A DNA stretch of 64,000 bases, from positions 20,522,001-20,586,000 of the forward strand of contig OZ024743.1 of assembly GCA_964016885.1 (NCBI GenBank). The letters run 5' to 3'. This DNA comes from Eledone cirrhosa. Lineage: Eukaryota. Below the pieces are notes generated by a model. The model saw nothing but the letters and a program-made list of their open reading frames with translations. It had not been told where the DNA came from and searched no databases. Below are positions 54,769 to 64,000 of this stretch, piece after piece. The position numbers were made by a program, and so were the translations under genes. How positions within the stretch are numbered: the stretch's first letter is position 1; the number at the start of each line of letters is the position of its first letter.

Positions 54769-55020
54769 TTAATCCTTTTGATACCAAACCGCTTATGGTT
54801 TTATGATACAAAGCTGTTTATTTTAAAGTGTTTATATTTATCTAAAATCTTTCCATCATAATTTTATGTATGAAACTTTGTTATTTTCTAAACACCAGCT
54901 TGATAATGAGAAAGTTAGTTATATTGCTAAATCCTTCCAAGTTCTTCCTTATTTTCAATGAATCTGAAAATCATAAGCAGTGTTGTTTGTTAGAAATATA
55001 ATAATAAAAAGGTGAGTTAA
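54769..55020. mobile_element. Possible second TTAA-flanked MITE
   Basis: TTAA-TCCTTTTGATAC ... AAAAAGGTGAG-TTAA; imperfect ends, single copy in the window. Confidence 0.3.
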
Positions 55021-55329
55021 ACATTCTAGTGTGTAACTCAACAATTAATCGCTGCCTTTGATTTTTGATTTTCAGATAAACACAGAAATAAAATGTTTAC
55101 ATTCAGTTGGCAAAATGTTTGTTACAATGCATGTGTCAGACACTGAGATCTTATTGTCTTTGCTATTGAAACCTAATATTTAATTGAAATGTAATTTATA
55201 TTGTAATCTTAATTGGTACTTAAAATAAAGTCAGTATACTGTTTATATATATATATATATATTTAAAACATTCCAGATATTGTTTTGTAAGTTTGATTAT
55301 GAGCTTCATATTTTCCTTTTTCTGTTTAG

Positions 55330-55577
55330 ATATAACAGATCATGAATCAATATCTAATAATGAATTTAACATCTCGGAGGGTAATTCAGAACATTTTTCT
55401 AGTGTTATTCACAGTAATCACACTAGTTATGTTTATAAATTATTCACATTCATAACTAAGATATCACCTGTTTTCACAAATCACTGTAAATTTGAAACTT
55501 CCACCATCAATGCTTCACTTTTATCTTCTGAAATCCCAAGTATTACTATACTTGAAAATCGGAATGATTTTCACTGA
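55330..55577 (+). CDS. Candidate terminal exon B of an unidentified host gene
   Basis: Strong pyrimidine tract plus TAG, phase-1 open frame DITDHESISNNEFNISEGNSEHF...ENRNDFH*, AATAAA at 55665 and ~55725. Confidence 0.45.
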
Positions 55578-57389
55578 ATACTAGAACATATCAACATGAT
55601 TTGTTCTTAGTAATTATGATATGTATGATGTTTTGAACATCTTTTTGTTAAGTCACCGTCACTCAATAAATTTTTCACATATAAACATACATAATTATCA
55701 CAATTATTTTATTTCAATTCACTTAATAAAGAATAAATATAAAAGAAATAATTATTTCAATTACTAAACACATTTGTTTTTCCGATCTCTCTTCTTGAGA
55801 TCTTAACTTTATTCTCTATTTTGCTTTATTTTCTAATTTTTTGTTAACTATTTTGTATTGTACTCATAATTATCTTTGCTCATCTTTAAACTTAATGAGA
55901 TTCTATTTCGCAGTTTCCCCTCCCCCTTTCTAATTCGTATTTTATTAACTGTCTAGTGGAAAGACCACTTCCAATTAGCATATTATGTTCTTGTTATTGA
56001 GATGATGTAATATAGAAAGGTTATTCATTAGAAAGGGTAATTAATTCTCAGCACAAAGATCTGAACTAAATCTTAAATCATAATATACTATATATATATA
56101 TATACTCTTTTACCCTTTTACCTGTTTCAGCCATCCGGCTGAGGCCATGCTGGGGCACCGATATATATATAAAACTGAAATGATCTTATATTGAGAATGA
56201 TAAGCAAGGATTGCTGCTAGTTTAGTTTTTTGTGGTATTGAGTGTTTTCAAATAGTCAGTTGTTAGTTTCCATAATCATGGGACTGGGTACTGGTGCAGC
56301 TTTCATTTATCTGCACTTCCAATCTTGCTTTTAGAATGAAAATTATGCAATCCTTGTTGAATAGTGTGTAAATCCAGCTGCACAGTTTTCCTCTAGTTTA
56401 TTTAAAATTTGTTTTTATAGATATGATGGATGGATGTACTTTATTCTTGTGTGGTTATCGAGTTGTTTATATTATTTCCTTGATTTTTCAATAGAACATT
56501 TAACCTACTGCAGTTCTCCAAGAAAACCTACTTTAGAATCCTAAAAATCATTCATCTATATATATTTTAGGTGGCATTTATTTTTCATAATGCAATGGAA
56601 CTTTGTATTTCCTAGCTGCAAACAAGATCGTACAAGCTTCCAGTGAATGAATATGATAGTTGAAGATTGTCCATTTCTAAATCAACTACAGAAAAATATT
56701 GAAGATGTATAATAGTTGACAGCAGATTTTCTAACCTGAGGTCAACTGTTATTAGTCAATTTGGTTAACAAAAATCTAAAATATCCACTGTAAAATCAAT
56801 GCCTTTTTCTTCTCATTTCTCTTTCTTTCTTAATACCATTTGCTCTCTTTTCTTTCCTTGTTTCCTTCTGTAATTGTCTATTTGGCATTTTATTTTATTT
56901 TTTGACATAGAGAAGTTCATGTGTTCTGTTATAATATATGTTGGTGTGTTTGTGAGCATGTGTGTGTATGTAGCTACACGTTCATGGATGTGTATGCCTG
57001 TGTGGGTATATGTATTCAGTAGTTTATATAATAATGATGTAAACTAAGGGCATAAAAAAATAATATATCCACAACAAATCTTAAAGTAGATTAAATTGTA
57101 GCAATATTCATCATAAAAATGTGCAGTGATAATAATAGGCATTATAGATAAGATTTGTGCCACCAGCTTAGTAAAATGAATGCATAATATTTAAGATATT
57201 TATTGATAGTTATAATAATATAGACTGATTAAGATACAGAACACATTGCTATAAAAACAATACAATTAATTAATAAAAAATATTCATAATCATTTATAAC
57301 ATACTGAAATCTTAGAATGAAGATTATATTGCAAGATGTCTATTTCTATCCAATTCCTTTCTCTCACATGGTATTGTATTTTATATTTT

Positions 57390-57870
57390 GTCTAGACTGA
57401 ATGTGCATGGAAGAAGTTCCTGCAAATGTGTGGTGGGCTTGTGAGGAGGGTTGTGTCACTTACACTGAAAGGAAATGTTTTTGCTGCATGTATGAGAAGT
57501 GCCATGATTTATGGAAGTGAGACATGGGTGATGGACATATAGGAGCAGGAGAGACGGGACAGAATGATGAGAATGATTCAGTAAAGTTTAGCAGAAGACA
57601 AACCATGAATTGCAGAGGATGATGGGAATAGAGCCAGTGATGAATGTTGTAAAGAGAAATGGAGGGAGATGGTTGATGCATGTGTTGAGGAAGAATGAAA
57701 GTAACTGAGTAAGAAGAGTGATGGAAATGAATGTGGAAGAAAGTAGAAGGGGAAGACCAAGCAAAATATGGCTAAAGATCATGGAGTCAGATTTGAGAGC
57801 CAGGAGTTGAGGGGGAGTGCAAATGATAGGTCAAAATGAAGAGACTTGCCATGGGGGTTGCTTTCGCAAG
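57390..57870 (+). mobile_element. Decayed RTE fragment
   Basis: RSAMIYGSETW, RWLMHVLR and RRGRPSKIW remnants. Confidence 0.75.
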
Positions 57871-57965
57871 GAAATGGCCTTAAAATACTTATGTTGTATT
57901 TATTTTATAAGAATAAAATTTAAGGAAAACTATCTAACTAGCTACCCACTCTCTCTTTATCTATG

Positions 57966-58007
<42 letters not shown>

Positions 58008-60260
58008 ACACAAGGTTCCCTAAGTTCCTGAAATTTAGTGGTCATTTGGTGTCACCTTAAATAAATATTATCCATCTTTACAAAATCTCTTGAGCCAATT
58101 CCAGTCTCATACAACAAATATACTATACTAAACAACTTTGCTTTTGAATCCTGGGTTCAAATACAAGTTATATATATAATCTATACATTTGTTAGTCATA
58201 CAAATTTACATAACACTTATATAAAAATAATTAACCTGTATACTCTATAGTATGTTATGTAATTTCCCTCAAACATGAACTGACATATCTAACCACTAAC
58301 TGTTTAATCCTAGATATCGACAATCTGTAGACATTATACCTGAAAGAGCATGCTATGAAACCAATGAGATTCAATTGGTTCAAATAATATTTTGGTTGTT
58401 TAACCCACATGTATAATTTTGCAGCTATAACCCTAAATTTATTTCAGTAAAAAGACTGGTAAATAATTTGAGAATAAAAATAGAACTATTTCATTATATG
58501 GAATCAGTTTCTTACGTTACTTTGTTTAGTGTGTTACTTCACAGTGAGAGGAAATATTATGTATTAATATATACCAAATTGAATGAAAAATATACTATAT
58601 GGTGCCATCTATTATTTCCCCGTATGTTTGTCCTGTTTTTGTTTTTGACTGGTGAACATAATGCTGGTTCTTGTTCAATGTGCTGGAGCACTATAGCTCA
58701 ATTTCCATTGAAAATAATAGTTATAAAGAAGACATTCTTTTTTTATTTATTTTGATATAAAAATCAATTGGGGTAGGGAAGATAATTGTGAAATATAAAA
58801 GTGAAAATGTTATTGTTAATTTTCACTTAGAAAAGCACATATTTTCTCAAAGATTTTTATACCACAATGAAGAAAACTTTCTTGAAAATTCAATACGACC
58901 ATTGCCAATTCTGACCACGAGATGCAAAGTTAATTAAAAGGGTAATACCATGGATGTTTGTAATGCATATTGATGCTACTTGTTGAAATGCCGTATTCAC
59001 GGGCAATGAACAAGAATCCAAGGCTTCAAATATCAAGTTTGAGTCACAATTTCAAGAAATAGATGAATTAATTGTTAAGTAAACATTTTACGAAACAATG
59101 CACTAAATTGAGTTACATAAGTCTTCTAAAGCCCAAAGTTAGCAAGGAATCATCGTATTGAGAATGGTGTTTATTCCCTCCCACTGTTTTAATATTTGAG
59201 AGCGAGGTCAGAATTTTCGATTTTCTTTGAGAAATATTGGTCAAATTTCGCCAATAAAAATGTTATTGTGCAATGAATATTATTTTGTAGACTATCAAAA
59301 TTCGATATGATGATTTTTTTTTTTTTTTTTGATATTACATACTGTCGGATAATTTAGGTAGTGCTGATTCGTTTTTTCTTCTCTCTTTTGCTGACAGGAA
59401 TTACTTTTTGCATTTTGTTTGTTTTTTTAATTTAGGATTACATGCCATTCTGAGAAATTTTCATTAATAATAAAATAAAATTGATTAATTTTATTAATAA
59501 ATATTACTAACACTTTGTAACAGGATTATTATTAACACATTGTTTAACTTTTAAGCTTCATCAAATGCTGTATTGAATTCGCAACCTGACATATGTGTCA
59601 GATTTTGATAAAAAAATATATGAGAAGCAAGTTCACAACCAGAACTTTCAAATGATATATAATTGTCCATGGAAAACTTGACATGAAAATGATCAAGTAA
59701 AATTTGCATATCACCCTTCCACAGAGCTCTGCAGGGATACCTATTAAATGTATTGTAAAGCTCCAAACTTACAGAGAGGATTCAGTTTTATACCCCGTGC
59801 CAGTATATCAAAACTGTGCTCCCTTCAGATAATGGATCACAATATAGCCATGTCTAGAAATACTTGAAAAGTTTGCGATGGCCTTTAATCGCTGTAATTT
59901 AATTGTTTGTAGCCATTTTTAATCGTCTATTAAAATTGATCCCAAATTTATTTAGTTCTGTACCGACTACAAATGTACCAAAACTGTTTGTCTTATAAAG
60001 ACTTACTTGTTTTCCATTGTTATTCATTAATATATATAATTTTTTATTATTCCTCAGCCTGAAATGATATAGTGGGTAAATCTTATATATATCATGTATT
60101 ATCATGTTTGTTGTTAACATCTGCTTTCCCTGCTAGCTGAAACTATTGTAGCATATAAATGGCAGACTGAATACACGTGATTTTTCTACAGAAATTTCCT
60201 TTCTGTTCCTTCCTATTCTCACTCTCTATTTTTCTATTTCATCTTTTATTTCTCATTCTA

Positions 60261-60297
60261 TCTCTTGATGAAGGACTAGTGTCTGAAATGTAAAGAC
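60261..60297 (+). ncRNA. Minimal type-I hammerhead ribozyme-like motif (decayed)
   Basis: TCTC-TTGATGA-A-GGAC-TAGT-GTCT-GAAA-TGTA-AAGA. Confidence 0.6.
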
Positions 60298-60344
60298 TCC
60301 TTTCTTACTATATCAAACATTAAACTAATATATATTTTGTTGTT

Positions 60345-60640
60345 GGACTGCCAATGGTTCCAGCTTTATGATCAACTAAATAGCCTGCTCATGAAATTAA
60401 TGTGCAAGTGGCTGAGCATTCTACAATCCATGTACCCATAACACAATTCTCAGGGACTTTAGAATGATACAGCATGTGACAAGGCTTGCCCTATGAAATA
60501 TAAGTACAACTCATTATTGTCAACTGAGTGGATTGAAACAATATGAAATAAAGTTTTTTTTTCAAGAATACAACACACCCCAGGAAATTGAACGTACAAT
60601 CATAAAATTGTGAGCTGAACACACTAACCACTAAGCTTTC
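60345..60640 (-). mobile_element. tRNA-derived SINE with family-A-like head and a different tail
   Basis: Minus strand GCTTAGTGGTTAGTGTG...GTTCAATTTCC, then a similar central block. Confidence 0.65.
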
Positions 60641-61703
60641 ACATAGGGACACACATCTAGATATCATCATCATTTAACATCCAATTATCTTTTGCTTGTA
60701 AGGGTGAGTTGGGTCATCACAGTACTCAAGGCAGAGTTACTGAACTCTCATATATGTACACACTCACATATATATCAGCCACACCACCACTCTCATCGGA
60801 CCCAGCAGCCACTCATTTATTGTTAGGGACGTCAACTGTACATCTGCGGGCCTTATCTCTGGGCTCCATTGCACTCTATGCAGGGCTGTCTACATAGGTC
60901 AAACTGGCCATCAGCTGGCCATCTAGGTCAACAATCCGTCTCTCGTCTCCTGACTTTTACGCTCTGCCGTCCATTCCACACACCACCTCACAGTCATCAG
61001 CCTCACATCTGCATGAGACCCATCGACTCGTGCTGCCTGAGGAATCAGCAGCTTATTTTTTTCTATAAACATCCTCTGTAGCCTGAATGCTATGTTTCTT
61101 TTCCTCTTATTTTCTCTTCCCAATACGTACATCCCATATCCCATACATCCCATGGATGTGCACAACACACAGGCACCATCTCTGAACCACACAGAAGTAC
61201 TCACACACACAGATATATTACACACAACAAAAAAACTAATTCACTTACCAATAAAAACACGTGTAGAAACACATGCATACTCACACACACTCAAGTTTGC
61301 ACATTCCCACTTAATATTGTATATTGTTGTGTTACTGTGACAATATAGGTTTATTTTCCCTCCAGTTATTTCACCTATTGGAGATAAGTTGTGTTTACTT
61401 TTGTTCATACAGTTTCATTTCTATTTGTTACACACACAGACAAACCACACACATACATGATGTTAATACATCCATACATACATACACACCATCATGAACA
61501 ATGTATGCACCACTTCAACAATACATACACACAGGGTAGGATTAAATACGACACACACACTCACATTTCTCTTTTTTTATCCTTTTCTATTTATGTGTCT
61601 AACCCATGCTAGCATGGAAGATAGACGTTAAACGATGATGACGATCCTTGTCTTTGTGTTTCTTCTACTCCTATTTTCTGAACCTCATCTTTGTGTATCC
61701 TCT

Positions 61704-61740
61704 ACTCCTAATGAAGGACTAATGTCCGATACATAAAACT
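61704..61740 (+). ncRNA. Second decayed copy of the minimal hammerhead-like motif
   Basis: CTAATGA-A-GGAC-TAAT-GTCC-GATA-CATA-AAAC. Confidence 0.5.
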
Positions 61741-62473
61741 TCCCTTTTCCTTCAAATGTGGAACTTAGACTATTATTATCGTATCTCAGTGTCAGTTTTA
61801 GCCCATGCAAGCATGGAAAAGCAGATGTAAAAACGATAATGATATATGTAATCATCAACTTATTTACACTGGCATAGGTTAGGCAGGATTCTTGAGGCAA
61901 TGTTTTACAACCAGATACCCATCCTGGCACCAGCTCTTTTAGTCACATCCTTCACTATGCATGTATATAGTGTATACACTATATTTATCTGGCTTTAACA
62001 ACATAGTTGAGTTTCTTGCTCCTACCATGGTCTAGAAACCCTGCTGATGCAATGGAATCAATTTAACTGGAATGAATGTTATTTATTATCCAGATTTCTG
62101 CAAGTGATTATATATGATTATACTATACTATAACTATTTCACCTAACTGGTTAAAATATTTGGCACTTGGTCATCAAATCCATCATCTGCAGTTTTTTGT
62201 TGAAAATTATGTGTGAGTTCATAACTGGGAATGTGTAGAAAGATCTCTGCTTGAATTTCATACGATCTAGAGTTGAAGGTGGAAGTGGGTGTCCGAAATA
62301 GTGAACATATATTATCAAGATAGAGCTAAAGAGTGTGAACAGGAGAGAAGTAAAATGATTTGATAGTAGTAGAGTGGCAAGAAAGAGAGAGGGAGGGTAG
62401 AAAAAAGAAAGAGCACATCGTAAGAACAAAACACATAGGGCTGAATGAACAAAAAACATCCATCTTCCTGGAG

Positions 62474-62560
<87 letters not shown>

Positions 62561-62707
62561 ATCTAGCTGTTGAAACGGCAAGAGCTCAGCCATCGGTGTT
62601 CCGAATTTTTCATATATATATTTATATGTATATATATATATTGTGTGTATGTGTGTATGTATATAGATGTATATGTATGTATATAATGTATATATATGTA
62701 TGAATCA

Positions 62708-63100
62708 TGGAGGCACATGGCTTAGTGGTTAGAGCATAGGCCTTGCAATCGAAAGGTTGTGAGTTCAATTCTCAGACCGAGTGATGTGTTGTTTCCTTGA
62801 GCAAGACACTTTATTTCACATTGCTCCAGTTTACTCAGCTGTAGAAATGAGATGATAGGGACTGAGGTTCCTATCATTCCACTGCAAAGTGGTCATGGGG
62901 GTGCCACGGCAAAAAAGCACCCAGCCCACACTGTAAAGTGGTCATGGAGGTGCCACAGCAAAAAAAACACCCAGCACTCACTGTAAATGAGGTTGGTGTT
63001 AGGAAGGGCATCCAGCTGTAGAAATCAAGCCAGAACCAGTTCCCGTCCCACCCTTGCAAGCAGGGAAAAGCGGATGTAAAATTATGATGATGATGATGAT
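62708..63100 (+). mobile_element. Full-length family-A SINE (tRNA head, central block, RTE-derived tail)
   Basis: A and B boxes, CCTTGAGCAAGACACTT block, tail matching RTE 3' UTR 7530-7670, (GAT)n end. Confidence 0.92.
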
Positions 63101-63104
63101 AGCA

Positions 63105-63296
63105 AAGAAAGTGTAGTAAGAAACCAGGTGGACCGTAAGTACTCGATACTTAGGGTAGTAGAGTGTGTAATAGGAAAAGAATCAGGACCCTGACCGCCAA
63201 GCTCTGGCCGTTTCGACAGCTAGATCCGAACTGTTCAGATCTAGCTGTCGAAAGGGGCCGGAGCTCGGCCATTGGGGTCCTGATTCTTTTCCTATA
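63105..63296 (-). mobile_element. Short element with ~62-bp fold-back, probable Penelope-like terminus
   Basis: Inverted arms 63170-63231 and 63233-63296; tail shared with 24579-24720, 14480-14590 and 63595-63670. Confidence 0.65.
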
Positions 63297-63306
63297 TATA
63301 TATATT

Positions 63307-63535
63307 TATTTATTAAAATAGCAGATTAAAGTTTAAGCAAAGAATCGCTGCTTTCACCCTTAGCGGGATCTTCTGAAACTCATTAGTTTCAGAAGATCCT
63401 GCTAAGGGTGAAAGCAGCAATTCTTTGCTTAAACTTTAATCTGTTATTTTAATAAATATTTGCTCTACGGTTCTTATATATTTGATATATATTTATCCTT
63501 ATCGAGCCCTCTTTGGATTTTAGTCTTCAAATTTA
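63307..63535 (+). mobile_element. Short element with 74-bp near-perfect fold-back and hammerhead-like core
   Basis: Arms 63307-63380 and 63385-63458 (3 mismatches); CAGAAGA-TCCTGCTAAGGGT-GAAAGC followed by AATAAA. Confidence 0.6.
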
Positions 63536-64000
63536 TTATTATTACTATATATATATAATATACACACACACACACACGCATCTATAGGGACACATATAGT
63601 TTAGACTAGTAAGACCATTGTTCAGCTTAGTATTCCATACTTAAGAAAGTGGAGTGTAGATATTATAATGAGTTTCTTCCTTACAACTGAGCTCTTGCAA
63701 TTTCAACAATGATTGCTATTGAAATGGTGAGTGCTCAGCCATAGGGCAGAAACTCATTATATCGTATATGTTTTTTTAGAAACGTTGAGCAGATATGTAT
63801 TTTTTATTGTAAGAAGCCCCAACACACATTTTTTTTTTACTATGAAAATAGTCTAACATATTGAACATAAAAGCCCTTGGAGACAGAAAAAAGTGGACAA
63901 CATGGCTATGGAAATCGAACTCATATCTGCCTCATACCCAATGACTGTGTGTACAAGTTTCATGAATGTTAGACTGACAAAATTTTTTGTAATATTAAAT

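Noticed and set aside
62709-62785. tRNA gene (also 19882-19975 and 145-219)
   Set aside because: A and B boxes are present but run into SINE bodies with tails or TSDs; no convincing cloverleaf.

Overview
AT-rich eukaryotic (animal) genomic DNA dominated by transposable elements and (TA)n/(CA)n/(ATC)n microsatellites. The repeat repertoire resembles a cephalopod (Octopus-like) genome, but this is an inference. No prokaryotic genes, CRISPR array or intact host gene is evident. Main contents: (1) three large RTE-clade LINE copies on the minus strand, one near full length with APE endonuclease and RT; two of them retain a C4HC3 PHD-like finger inside the RT region. (2) Many smaller RTE fragments. 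(3) tRNA-derived SINE families, one sharing its 3' tail with the RTE. (4) A decayed Helitron with OTU protease, Rep and Pif1 helicase regions. (5) Tc1 and mariner transposase remnants and TTAA/piggyBac-type MITEs. (6) Several short elements with hammerhead-ribozyme-like cores and fold-back palindromes, probably Penelope-like termini. (7) A young, palindrome-rich ~470-bp tandem array that switches orientation to form a very long inverted repeat. (8) Two paralogous, splice-acceptor-led terminal-exon-like ORFs that may belong to an unrecognised host gene. All coordinates were read by eye, and those of decayed elements are approximate.
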